This document shows, one piece after another, positions 32,236-42,247 of a DNA stretch of 64,000 bases. Origin of the DNA: an uncultured Verrucomicrobiae bacterium (GTDB taxonomy: Bacteria > Verrucomicrobiota > Verrucomicrobiia > Chthoniobacterales > Terrimicrobiaceae); the NCBI GenBank assembly GCA_963706955.1, contig CAVPOC010000001.1, positions 32,001 through 96,000 of the forward strand, in the 5' to 3' direction. Position 1 is the stretch's first letter. Every line of letters begins with the position of its first letter. Both the position numbers and the translations under genes were made by a program. Below the pieces are notes generated by a model. That model had not been told where the DNA came from. It was given only the letters and a program-made list of their open reading frames with translations, and did not search any database.

Positions 32236-32775
32236 CTAGTAGTCTGGCATCAAGGCAAGTCCCTTGAGCGTGTTTTCATCGAACCGTCCGGTCTGGCGAA
32301 ACCCAGCGCTGCGTTGCCAAGCTTTCAGCGACGCGACCAGCGTGCGGCTGGGCAGGCCATCGATCGGCCCTCGATAGTAACCGAGTAAGTTTAGATTCTT
32401 TTGCGCCTGTCGAATGACAGTGATCTGGGTTTCGGGACCAACTGAAATAAAGGGACCACCCCTGAAAATCGTCGCAAGATCAACATAGCCCGGAGGAGCA
32501 GAGCTCGGTCTTTTCAAGGGGCGCCATCTGGGGACCGCCACGCCCAACCGGCGAAGAGTTTGTGAGTTCAGTTCGCCGGTTACTTTCAACCGTTGGGCGA
32601 TTTGAAAGCGGCGGATGGCTGCGGCGGTTTGGCTGCCCATTTGTCCATCAACGACGCCGCTATAGTAACCGAGTTGCTTAAGTTTGGTTTGGACGCCAAA
32701 GACAATGTCATCCGCAACCGCGTTGGAGAGGGAAAGAGCGGCCAGGCAGACGAAAAGCCACACAAGCATCTTCAT
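32236..32775 (-). CDS. Secreted protein with two peptidoglycan-binding (PG_binding_1) domains
   Basis: Signal peptide, VQTKLKQLGYYSGVVDGQMGSQTAAAIRRFQ and AQKNLNLLGYYRGPIDG. Confidence 0.88.
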   Translation of the reverse strand: MKMLVWLFVCLAALSLSNAVADDIVFGVQTKLKQLGYYSGVVDGQMGSQTAAAIRRFQIAQRLKVTGELNSQTLRRLGVAVPRWRPLKRPSSAPPGYVDLATIFRGGPFISVGPETQITVIRQAQKNLNLLGYYRGPIDGLPSRTLVASLKAWQRSAGFRQTGRFDENTLKGLALMPDY

Positions 32776-32785
32776 AGTCGCGTTT

Positions 32786-35278
32786 CTAACTGTAGCTGCC
32801 AGAGCGCGCAAGTCGCGGAGAGGCAGCTCCCGATCGGCAGAGAAGCAAAGTTCCGGGGGTGATCACCAGCACGGAGGCCAGCAGGCACCAGGCAACGCCG
32901 ATCGCGCAGATGGTGCCCAGACCGGAAAGGGCAACGTTCTGCGCAAGCATGAGTGAACCAAAGCCGGTGGCCGTGGTCAAACCGCTCAGCACTATGGGTT
33001 TCAGCACGCCAGAAAGATTTGAGACGATATCGCCGCCTTCCTTCGCTGCCAGAATCAGATGTGTCCCATAGTCGACGCCCACCCCTAGCATCAAGGGAAA
33101 TGCCAAGACGTTCAGCAAGTTGATGGGAACGTCGACAAGCTTTAAAGTGGCAATGGTTCCCGCGCCAGCGGCGAGCAGGGAAATTGCGTGCAAAAGCCAG
33201 AATTGCGCGTTGCGGTAAACAATGCCCAAAATGATGAGGATGATGACAGAGACGGCTCCGCCGAATACGAAGAGCTCTCTGCGTGCCCAGGCAGTCAGAC
33301 TCGTGAGTGCCTGGCTCCAGCCAGTCACCAGGGCGGAGGGCACAGCCGCCTCCACCAGCTCGGCGATCCGTTCGCGTTGCATTCCGGTAATCTGGGGCTG
33401 AGTGCGAGCATAAGCGATCGCCGCACGCGAATCCGGCGAAAGCATCCTGTCGAAAAGAAACCACCACGGAGAGGTGGATGACAAGAACCGCGACCAGGAG
33501 AGGCTCGAGTTGTCAATCTCTCCAAGACCTTCGAGAACTTTGAACGTTTCGGTGAAAGCGGAGGCGGTCAATCCGGAATCCGCGATGGCCTGCTCGAAGG
33601 CCCTTCGAGAGGCGATCAGGTCGCTCGAGCGTGCATATTCCGCGTTTGTTCGGATACGTTCGGGATCGAGGACAAGAGCCGAGGGCGACGAACTCGTCTC
33701 AATGAGATCTTCATCCTTGAGTTGCTTGAGGACGCGGCCCAGCGCTGCTAAGTCGCGAGGTTCCGCGTTGGGCAGGACAATCATCACCGGTTCGAGCGTC
33801 GCCGGGAATTTTTGCATCATCAGCGCCAGCGCCTTTGCGGCGGGGATGTTGCGCGGTTCTAAGGAGGCTGGTGAAATATCAAAGCGAAGGGTGCGCCATG
33901 GCGCAAAGCTGAGGATCGTCGCACAGACGAAAAGAATGAGTGCATAGAGAAGGATGCGGCCTGGCGCCTGCAGGCAGTGGCGAACAAACGCGCGGGCCGC
34001 TCCCACTGAAGCGGAAGTGGGCGTCGGTCTATTTCCGAGGAATAGAAACAGAAAGAGCGGCATGAGCACGGCGCAGAGGAACACGCCCAGCGCGACCAGA
34101 ACTCCCAATTGGGCGAAGCCATTCGACCCACTAAAGCAGAGCGCGAGAAAACCGATCCCCGTGGTGATAGCCACCCAGAGAATCCCCGGCGCGCAATGGC
34201 TGATAGACTCGGTAATGGCGCCTTCGCGGCTGATGCCTCCGTTTCGCGACTGGTAATAACGTTGACAAAGAAGCAAGCTAAAATCATCACCAAGTCCAAA
34301 GAGGATCGAGCAAAAGCTGATCGCAATGATGTTGAGCCTGTCGAAATAAAGGGTCCCGCAGGCCATCGTGGCGATGGCAGTGAGCGCCAGGAGCAACGCA
34401 ATGCCGATCAGTGGGAGAAGCCGGCGAAAGCCCACCCAAAACAGCCCGGTGACGCAAAGAAGCGAAACCACTGAAGTGGTAGCTATGTCGCGCTGCATGC
34501 TCGCTTCAATCTCGTCGACATAGGCGGACCGGCCGGTGACGGCAATTTCCGGACCGTTGCGCCCGAGCTCATGGTTGATTTCAGTGATGAATTGACGCAC
34601 TTGCCGCATGGTTGCGCGGCACGCTTCGGCTGATAATTCACTCTGATTTGTAATCACGGGAATGATCATCGTCGTCCCGTCGGCAGAGGTAAGATTGAAT
34701 GTCTCGGAGATGGCGACGGACTCCCAGACCGGGTGGGCAGCACGAACCGCTAGGCCGAGTGGATCGTTTTCGAGCTCGAAGCGTGCTCGCGGTGAGCCGG
34801 CCGCCATTTGCGCCGCAAGCCGTCCAATCCGCTCTTGAATTGCCTCCGGCGAAAGGTCGTGTATCGCATCCGCAAACTGCTCGGCAGGGAGATTGAGCAA
34901 GAGCGGAACCAGGATCTCATGAATACTCTTGCGGCCGGCAGATGCTTCCAGCGGTGGAGCATCGAGCACTCGATGCACCCATGATTGGCTGCGAAGACGC
35001 TCCACGAAGATCTCGCGGAATGCATCGCCATCCGCAGGAGCGTTTTCCCAAGTGAGCAGGAAAGCGAGTTCGCGTGCTTGGGTGAACGCGCTGTTGTAGA
35101 TCTTCAGGCCTTGAACGGCTGGATTGTTGGCCGGCAAGAGATTCAAGATGTCCGAGTCGAAGGCCTTCTGCGAGGTGATGATTGTCGCGGAACCTGCGGC
35201 CAGCAATAACCCAGCCATCGCCATCACCATCGGTCGGCGGACGACCAGGTGAGCAATGACAGCAGCGACGCGATGCAT
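32786..35278 (-). CDS. MMPL-family (RND) lipid transporter
   Basis: 830 aa with two 1+5 TM repeats, ILFGLGDDF, LGVGVDYGTH and LTTATGFGSL. Confidence 0.88.
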   Translation of the reverse strand: MHRVAAVIAHLVVRRPMVMAMAGLLLAAGSATIITSQKAFDSDILNLLPANNPAVQGLKIYNSAFTQARELAFLLTWENAPADGDAFREIFVERLRSQSWVHRVLDAPPLEASAGRKSIHEILVPLLLNLPAEQFADAIHDLSPEAIQERIGRLAAQMAAGSPRARFELENDPLGLAVRAAHPVWESVAISETFNLTSADGTTMIIPVITNQSELSAEACRATMRQVRQFITEINHELGRNGPEIAVTGRSAYVDEIEASMQRDIATTSVVSLLCVTGLFWVGFRRLLPLIGIALLLALTAIATMACGTLYFDRLNIIAISFCSILFGLGDDFSLLLCQRYYQSRNGGISREGAITESISHCAPGILWVAITTGIGFLALCFSGSNGFAQLGVLVALGVFLCAVLMPLFLFLFLGNRPTPTSASVGAARAFVRHCLQAPGRILLYALILFVCATILSFAPWRTLRFDISPASLEPRNIPAAKALALMMQKFPATLEPVMIVLPNAEPRDLAALGRVLKQLKDEDLIETSSSPSALVLDPERIRTNAEYARSSDLIASRRAFEQAIADSGLTASAFTETFKVLEGLGEIDNSSLSWSRFLSSTSPWWFLFDRMLSPDSRAAIAYARTQPQITGMQRERIAELVEAAVPSALVTGWSQALTSLTAWARRELFVFGGAVSVIILIILGIVYRNAQFWLLHAISLLAAGAGTIATLKLVDVPINLLNVLAFPLMLGVGVDYGTHLILAAKEGGDIVSNLSGVLKPIVLSGLTTATGFGSLMLAQNVALSGLGTICAIGVAWCLLASVLVITPGTLLLCRSGAASPRLARSGSYS

Positions 35279-35324
35279 GATGGCAGTCAGAGGGCTCGGG
35301 AGATACGTTGCCGTTCCCGTGGTC

Positions 35325-36453
35325 TTAGACGTTGAAGCGAAACTCCATCACGTCTCCGTCTTGGACAAGATAGTCTTTGCCTTCGATGCGAAGCTTGCCA
35401 GCCTCGCGCGCTTTAGTTTCCGAGCCGAAAGCAATCAGTTCATCGAAAGCGATGGTTTGAGCGGCGATAAATCCTCGTTCGAAATCGCTGTGAATCACTC
35501 CCGCAGCAGCAGGTGCCTTGTCGCCCGCATGAATTGTCCAAGCCCGTGTTTCTTTCGGACCGGTTGTAATATAGGTGCGCAGTCCGAGAAGGTGATACAC
35601 CGCACGGATCAACTGGCTGACTCCGCTGTCGGCGACACCAAGATCAGCGAGAAACTCGCGCGCCTCATCAGCCGGGAGTTCGGCCAACTCGCTCTCGATC
35701 TGTGCGCTGATCACAATTGTCTCCACTTGAGGCATATTGTCTGCCACAGCGCCCGCATTCTGCGCCGTCGCGAACTCGCGAACGGCTTGGATATGTTTGC
35801 TTTCAGGTTGCGAAAGCTCGCTTTCCGCGACATTGCAGGCATAGATCGTCGGCTTTGAGGTCAGGAGGAAGAAGCCGCGCAAAATGGCTCTTTCGTTCTC
35901 GCTGAACGGCGCGGTGAGCGCAGATCTGCCCGCATTGAGATGCGGGCAGGATCTTTTCGCACAAGCTGAGTTCGGCCTTGGCGATCTTGTCCCCGGCGCG
36001 AGCGCCCTTTTGGAGGCGCTCAGAACGCTTCCTCACCGAGACAAGGTCAGCCAGAATGAGTTCCGTGGCGATTATTTCAATGTCACGAACAGGATCGATC
36101 GATCCGGTGACATGGTGGATGTCGGCATTCTCAAAACAGCGGACTACCTGAACAATTGCGTCGACCTCACGAATGTGGCTAAGAAACTGATTGCCGAGTC
36201 CCTCGCCCTCACTGGCTCCCTTCACCAGGCCCGCGATATCGACGAATTCGATCGCTGTCGGAATGATCTTCTGGGATTTCGAGAGCGCGGCGAGCTTTTC
36301 CAGACGTTCGTCGGGCACGCTGACGATGCCGAGATTTGGCTCGATTGTGCAGAAGGGAAAATTTGCGGCATGGGCCTTCCGGGTGCGAGTGACTGCATTG
36401 AAGAGAGTGGACTTGCCAACGTTGGGTAGTCCGACGATTCCGGCTTTGAGCAT
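35325..36453 (-). CDS. ychF: Redox-regulated ATPase YchF, frameshift near 35945
   Basis: [39 protein letters not shown] and [12 protein letters not shown]. Confidence 0.97.
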
Positions 36454-36540
36454 CAGGCGGGGAAAGCTACCGAATCGCAGACCAGAGGCAAGTGCGAGGA
36501 ATATGGCGGCACCCTTGATCAGGTGTGTGATACTCGCCGG

Positions 36541-37281
36541 ATGAAGTTACAAGAAATCGTCAGCTATCAAAATGATTTGCTGCGCATCACGGAATTCGAC
36601 GACTACCCGAATGCGCTCAACGGCCTGCAACTGCAAAACTCCGGAATGGTCACGAAGGTTGCCGTGGCGGTGGATGCATGCGAGCCCGTCCTCGAGATGG
36701 CTGTCGCCGACGGGGCGGATCTCCTCATCGTGCATCACGGGCTCCTTTGGGGAGGCCTGCAGAGTTTTACTGGGCCGTTCTATCGCAAGCTGAAGCTGGC
36801 GATCTCGAACAACATCGCCATCTACAGTGCTCACCTTCCGTTGGACGCTCATCCCCGTTACGGAAATAATGCCTTGCTCTGCGACGCACTCTGCTTTCCA
36901 GAGGCGCGGAGTAGCTTTCTCCAGATCGGATTTCAAGTTGACCTGCAAATCGAACGCGACCTGCTTAGAAAAAATCTCGAGAGAGCCGTTGCCGGGAAAG
37001 TGCACCTTGCTCCCGGTGGGCCGGCAGTCAGCCGGAGAATCGGCCTGGTGACTGGAGCAGCGGGTGGAGAGGTCGTCAAGGCCGCCGAAGAAGGCATCGA
37101 TACTTTCATCACCGGTGAAGGCCCTCATTGGTCGTTTACCGCCGCCGAAGAACTCGGCGTGAATCTATTTTACGCTGGACACTACGCGACTGAAGTCTTC
37201 GGAGTGCAAGAGCTTGGCAGGTTATTGGAAGTAAAATTCAATCTTCCATGGATGTTCCTGCATCACCCGACAGGACTGTAG
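36541..37281 (+). CDS. Nif3-like dinuclear metal centre protein
   Basis: NGLQL, LIVHHG, HLPLDAH, AGHYATE, PTGL. Confidence 0.93.
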   Translation: MKLQEIVSYQNDLLRITEFDDYPNALNGLQLQNSGMVTKVAVAVDACEPVLEMAVADGADLLIVHHGLLWGGLQSFTGPFYRKLKLAISNNIAIYSAHLPLDAHPRYGNNALLCDALCFPEARSSFLQIGFQVDLQIERDLLRKNLERAVAGKVHLAPGGPAVSRRIGLVTGAAGGEVVKAAEEGIDTFITGEGPHWSFTAAEELGVNLFYAGHYATEVFGVQELGRLLEVKFNLPWMFLHHPTGL

Positions 37282-37352
37282 TTTTAGTCTCGCGCAAGCC
37301 GATTCTGTGTTCACCTGCCGCTAGCTGAGCATGCGTTCTGATCCGGACTCAG

Positions 37353-37391
37353 AAAAAAGGACGGGAGCGGCGCCTTGCGGCGTCACTCCCG
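37353..37391 (-). terminator. Intrinsic terminator of rnpB
   Basis: Minus strand CGGGAGTGACGCC-GCAA-GGCGCCGCTCCCG followed by TCCTTTTTT. Confidence 0.8.
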
Positions 37392-37398
37392 CTGATTT

Positions 37399-37838
37399 GA
37401 TGGCTATAAGCCGGATTTTGTTCTCCACCCGTTTTCGACGAAATGGAGAGGCGGTCATTTATCTTGCTCCGGCACTTTGAGGGACCGGAGCAGCTCTTGA
37501 GAGCCGCGACTATTACCCGAAGGTGGTCTCCCGTTAATGGGACCGGGCAGGCGACCCATCCCTTCTGTTTTGTCTTGCACCGCGGAGGGTTTGTCGTGCC
37601 CCCGTGCTTACGCTTGGGGCGGTGGGCTCTTACCCCGCCGTTTCACCCTTGCTTTCTCGGCCTGCTCTAGCGATCGCTCGCCAGGGTCCGGCGCGATGAA
37701 GCGGTCTGTTTTCTGTGACACTTTCCGTCGCAAAGAACTTTCGTTCAGCGCGCCCTTGCTTTCGCAAGGTGGGCTGCCTTATGGTGTCCGGACTTTCCTC
37801 TCCGGTTTCTTGCGTCCCCGGAGCGACCGCCCGCCAAC
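37399..37838 (-). ncRNA. rnpB: RNase P RNA (bacterial type A)
   Basis: Minus strand contains GAGGAAAGTCCGG, GTGTCACAGAAA, GGGTGAAACGGCGGGGTAAGAGCCCACC, AAACCCTCCGCGGTGCAAG and AACAAAATCCGGCTTA. Confidence 0.97.
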
Positions 37839-37955
37839 AAGATGAGCATACCTGCGCGCTGCGATCATTCAAGGGAGAGGTTCGTAAGCTGGAAAACCGG
37901 GATGCTTGGTGGCGCGTAAGAAGAGGATTGACTCGCGAGGCGTCGCCATTGAGCG

Positions 37956-39789
37956 TTGCCGATCCAAGATCCGTCCCATTGGAGAGTGTTGGAAATTCAA
38001 CGACCGCGAAATCTTGATTGGCAGCGTGCCTCGGCGCTGCTCTATGGCGACTGGGGAACCAGCAAGGCCTATGTCATTGGTCTGGCCTTCGTGGCCGCCG
38101 GCTATTCGTCGCTTCCGATCATCCTGGCGGTTTGCCTTTTGACGGCTCTCGTCGGGTTCAACTACGTGGTTGTCTGCCGCGCTTTCCCGGAAGGCGGCGG
38201 AGTCTACTCTGCGGCGAAGGCACAAGGGAGGTTGCTGGCGGTGGTGGGAGCTTTGTTGCTTGTCGCGGATCTCACGGTCACCGCGGCATTGAGCGGCTGG
38301 GCTGCGCTGAGCTACCTCGGCGTTCCGCAAGACCGGGTGATGGTGAGCACGATCGCCTCCATTTTTCTGGTCGGAGTTCTCAACTATTTCGGTCCGCGCC
38401 ATAGTGGAAGTGTTGCCATTGCGTTGGCGATTCCCACGGTGGTCGTGGTGGCCGCCATCATCCTCGTGGCGGGGCCGCACTTTACCTTGCGATATCTCGA
38501 GCCTCCGCACGAGGATTTCGGAAATGCGTGGGTGGCTTTTGTGGGTGTAATCCTGGCCCTGAGCGGCGTGGAAGCCATCGCCAATCTCACGGGCACGCTG
38601 AAGCCAGATCGCGGCTCGGTGATTGGCCATCCGAAGGTTGGTCGATCCGCTTTCAAGGCCATCTTGCCTGTAGCCATCGAAGTGAGTCTCGGAACTGCGC
38701 TGCTCGGCTGGGCAATGTTGTCCCTGCCAAAACACTTTGCTCCGCAGATGGTGGAACGAAAGGAGGACATGCTGCGGTTCCTTGCGGAGACGTATGGCAC
38801 GATGAATTTCGGCATCGCCTTTGGCCACATCTTTGGCTTCATCGTGGGGCTGGTCTTTGCATTTACTGTTGCTCAGCGCGGTGAACACGGCCATCGCCGC
38901 CTTGATCGGGCTGTTGTTTATGATGTCTCGCGAAGGCGATATGCCACGTTCATTCGCGCAGCTCAGCTCGCATGGCGTTCCGCTGATTCCGTTGGCCATT
39001 GCGGTGGGGATGCCGATTATCGTTCTGCTGGTCACCGACAATTTCGAAGCGCTGGCCGGCTTGTATGCCATCGGCGTGGTGGGTGCGATCTGTGTGAACC
39101 TGGGGTCCTGCTCGTTCAACATGAAGATCGAGATGCATTGGTTTGAGCGGGTGACGATGATAGCGACCTTTCTCATCCTCATCGCCGTCGAGCTGACGCT
39201 CGCGAAGACAAAGCACGAAGCTCTCTTTTTCGTGACGTGTGTGCTCGTTGTCGGATTGTTCCTGTGGGCATACTCTCAGCGCCTGAGCGGGACACGAACG
39301 CTGACGGTCACCAAGGAGTTCGCCGATATTGTCAAACCTGAGGTCGTCGAGCGGATGTCGCAGATCTCAGGCGGAACCGAGAAGATCCTCGTCTGCGTGC
39401 GAGGTCTAACGCCGGTGCTTCGTTTTGCCTTCGATGAAGCAAAGCTTCGCGACGCGTCACTTTACGTTCTCTACATTCGCGAGATCGCGGTGCTCTACAC
39501 GGGGGGATCGGTGCCGGGGGCCAACTGGAAGGAGGATCCCGAGGCAAGCGCGATTCTCGGCACCGCGATTCAAATTGGAAAGCATCGTGGTGTGGCGACG
39601 ATCCCTTTGTTTGTGAGCGCTCCGAACGCGGCATCGATCATTGTGGATATGGCTGCGACGCTCGGGGTCGATTTCCTGATGTTGGGTGGAACCCATCGCG
39701 GGGCGATGAGCAAGTTGCTGCGAGGAAGCGTCGTCTCAGAGGTAGCTTCAAGTCTTCCCGATAACATCGAGCTGATCATTTACGGCTGA
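37956..39789 (+). CDS. APC-family permease fused to a universal stress protein domain, frameshift near 38862
   Basis: GDWGTSKAYV, GGGVYS and LALSGVEAIAN with ~12 TM segments. C-terminal USP (DFLMLGGTHRG..SKLLRGSVV..V). Confidence 0.85.
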
Positions 39790-40466
39790 TCGGCGCCAAA
39801 CAGCTTAGCCTTCACGGCTGCCTCAGAACCGTCGGAGAAAGATTCGGCACGCTTTGCAAGAAAAGCGTCGGTCAAAATCGCCGCGGTCTGCTCAACAGTC
39901 CATGATCGGCCGGTCTCGCCCTCCAGGCAGGTCATCTCTACGCCGACAATTCCACACGGCGTGATGTGCTGAAAAGGTTCCAGCGAGCACCGTTCCACAT
40001 TGAGGGCCAGTCCGTGCATGGTCACCCAGCGTCGGACGCCAATTCCAATCGAGGCAATTTTCTTACTGCCGACCCACACACCTGTGAGCCCGTCGCGGCG
40101 ATTGGCTGCCACGCCCAGTTCGCTACAGGTGCGAATGATAATCTCCTCTAGAAACCGCATGTAGCGGTGCAGGTCGCGTCCGCGGCATTCGAGGTCCAGG
40201 ATTGGGTAGGCGACCAACTGCCCTGGGCCGTGCCAGGTGGCTTGTCCGCCTCGATTAATCTCGAAGACGGGGTAGGGGAGAGCCTTCGAACCGCCAAGGC
40301 TGGATTGATTGCGGGTTCGGCCGATCGTATAAACTGCTTCGTGTTCAAGCAGGAGAAGCTTTTCGCTACCGGCGCCAGCGAGATAGTCAGCAACGACCCG
40401 GTTTTGCAGATCCAGGGCGCTTCCGTACTCCACGCGACCAAGCCAGCGCACGTCGATCGACTTCAT
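39780..40466 (-). CDS. lipB: Lipoyl(octanoyl) transferase
   Basis: LLEHEAVYTIG, RGGQATWHGPGQLVAYP, KIASIG, HGLALNV, PCG. Confidence 0.96.
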   Translation of the reverse strand: MKSIDVRWLGRVEYGSALDLQNRVVADYLAGAGSEKLLLLEHEAVYTIGRTRNQSSLGGSKALPYPVFEINRGGQATWHGPGQLVAYPILDLECRGRDLHRYMRFLEEIIIRTCSELGVAANRRDGLTGVWVGSKKIASIGIGVRRWVTMHGLALNVERCSLEPFQHITPCGIVGVEMTCLEGETGRSWTVEQTAAILTDAFLAKRAESFSDGSEAAVKAKLFGADQP

Positions 40467-40540
40467 TGTATCCTCCATTCGTAAACCTGGAGATCAGGCG
40501 TTCGCAAAATGATCGCACATTGTGGTGGTCAACGCTTGTC

Positions 40541-40567
40541 CGGCGGTGGGGGGAGACCGCCGCTACA
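40541..40567 (-). repeat. GTAG-type REP-like palindrome
   Basis: Intergenic, minus strand TGTAG-CGGCGGT-ctcccccc-ACCGCCG. Confidence 0.45.
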
Positions 40568-40610
40568 TCAACGATCGGCTACGCATTTCGGAGTGTCTCA
40601 CGAGGACAAT

Positions 40611-41123
40611 TCAGATCGTAGAAAGATTTGTTTTCCTGGCCCGAGCGGCATCGAGGGCTTGGAAATGGGTTATACCGATGGCGATGGCATCGGCAGCATC
40701 TGCAGGGGGAGTATCTCGCATCCCCAAAAGCACGCGCACCATGAAGGCCACCTGGCGCTTGTCTGCGGCGCCGCGTCCCACCACCGCCTGCTTTACGCGG
40801 CGCGGCGCGTATTCATGCACTGGCAAGCTCCGCATCGACGCGGCCAGAATGACGGCGGCACGAGCAGCTCCGAGAGTGATTGCCGTCTGATAGCTTTGCA
40901 CGTAAATAATGCCTTCGACGGCCATGGCTTGCGGTGCATGCTGGCGAATGATTGCGCTGATCCCTTCGTGAAGCGCGAGCAGGCAATCGGAGGCTGGCCT
41001 GCGCGCGTCATTTCGTATCACACCAAATGTCGTGCAAGCCACTTTGTCGCGGTCGCGTGTGAGCACGGCAAAGCCGGCTGCACGCAATGCCGGATCAACA
41101 GCCACTATTGTTTCGAAGCCCAT
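40611..41123 (-). CDS. ruvC: Holliday junction resolvase RuvC
   Basis: AVDP, AVE, EYAPRRVKQAVVGRGAADKRQV, DAADAIAIG. Confidence 0.95.
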   Translation of the reverse strand: MGFETIVAVDPALRAAGFAVLTRDRDKVACTTFGVIRNDARRPASDCLLALHEGISAIIRQHAPQAMAVEGIIYVQSYQTAITLGAARAAVILAASMRSLPVHEYAPRRVKQAVVGRGAADKRQVAFMVRVLLGMRDTPPADAADAIAIGITHFQALDAARARKTNLSTI

Positions 41124-42054
41124 CGTCAAGGAACTCGTCGATTCTGGCAAGGACGGTCAAAGTTTCCAAATCCGAAAGTTGCCCACTTGGAGGCTGAAGC
41201 ACGCAGACTCCGCGGTTCGCCGGTCTCCACACTTGCGAGTCGGTCGGTCCAAAGAGAAGCAGACACGAAGCTCCCGCTGCTGCTGCGAGATGTGAGATGC
41301 CGCTATCGTGGCCGACGAAGAACGCAGATTGGGAAAGGATAGCCCCAAGCAACGGAAGCGGCAGGTTTTTCAGGAAGCTCTGTCGTTTCGTCCCGATCGC
41401 CAGCCTCATTTGCGCAAGTTGTTGCGAGTCGCTCTCTCCGCCAATGACTAAGAGGTGACCGATGCGGTCATCCTCAAGAATTTTCCTCTGCACCGCAAGC
41501 CAACCCTCAACGGGCCAGTTCTTTCTCTGGCCTCCACTACCTGGATGGATGGTCATGAGCGGTCTGCGAAGTGTTGCGAGAAGGTCCTGGGCGGCGGCGA
41601 GATCTTTGCTCGAAGGAAAGATTCGCGCCGCCGGATCCTGCAGCTTCAATCCTAATCGCTCCAATGGTGCAGCAAGTTGGAGCGCTGCATGCCGGTGCTC
41701 AGCGATTTTCGGCGAAGCACAAATAAGATTTCGCGCACCGGCGCGTCGCAGACCCGCTTCGAAGAGTCCATCCGGATCATAGATATAACTGACGATCTGC
41801 CCAAATCCGGCAAAGTAGTCGCATAGTTCCTGGTCCAGAGAGGCGCGAGGATTGAAGAGGCCGGCGAGAGGTCCATAATCAATCGACCGGATGGAATCGG
41901 CATAGTATCCCTCAGCCAAGATCGCAATGTGGCGATAACCGAGGATGTGGAGCGCGCAGTTGCGAAAGTTGTCGCGGAGCAGCCGGATGGCCGGCAAGGT
42001 CAGAATGAAATCGCCCAAGGCTCCGCCGCGAATCACCAGAATGCGGCCAGGCAT
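41095..42054 (-). CDS. Glycosyltransferase family 9 (heptosyltransferase-like)
   Basis: RGGALGDFILTLP, IHPGSGG..KNWP, GHDSGISHLAAA, LFGPT. Confidence 0.92.
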   Translation of the reverse strand: MPGRILVIRGGALGDFILTLPAIRLLRDNFRNCALHILGYRHIAILAEGYYADSIRSIDYGPLAGLFNPRASLDQELCDYFAGFGQIVSYIYDPDGLFEAGLRRAGARNLICASPKIAEHRHAALQLAAPLERLGLKLQDPAARIFPSSKDLAAAQDLLATLRRPLMTIHPGSGGQRKNWPVEGWLAVQRKILEDDRIGHLLVIGGESDSQQLAQMRLAIGTKRQSFLKNLPLPLLGAILSQSAFFVGHDSGISHLAAAAGASCLLLFGPTDSQVWRPANRGVCVLQPPSGQLSDLETLTVLARIDEFLDDGLRNNSGC

Positions 42055-42070
42055 GAGCGCTGACGAAACT

Positions 42071-42244
42071 CTATGGTGTTCCCTGGATTTGCGTGCCGAT
42101 CATGCCGGGACCTTCCCAGGACTGCGGCCTGTTCCACGGAAGAGTGCCTCCGGCTTCTTGGGCAGCGCGTCTCTCTTCGTCTTGCGCACAGCCGACGAGC
42201 CACAGCGCCAGGACGCTGCACAAGGTCAGACAAATCAAACGCAT
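42071..42244 (-). CDS. Small lipoprotein, 57 aa (PWNRPQSWEG motif)
   Basis: Below the ORF-track cut-off. MRLICLTLCSVLALWLVG-CAQDEERRAAQEAGGTLPWNRPQSWEGPGMIGTQIQGTP-TAG, lipobox LVGC, fills the gap between the flanking genes. Confidence 0.8.
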   Translation of the reverse strand: MRLICLTLCSVLALWLVGCAQDEERRAAQEAGGTLPWNRPQSWEGPGMIGTQIQGTP

Positions 42245-42247
42245 GAA

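Noticed and set aside
27432..32388. Long + strand ORFs (27432..28520, 29274..30161, 31372..32388)
   Set aside because: Antisense to hydrophobic membrane-protein genes, with low-complexity R/Q/E-rich translations typical of GC-rich shadows.
37443..37872. Short ORFs over 37.4-37.9 kb
   Set aside because: They overlap RNase P RNA.
37869..39182. 437-aa minus-strand ORF
   Set aside because: Shadow of the APC permease, with no recognisable motifs.
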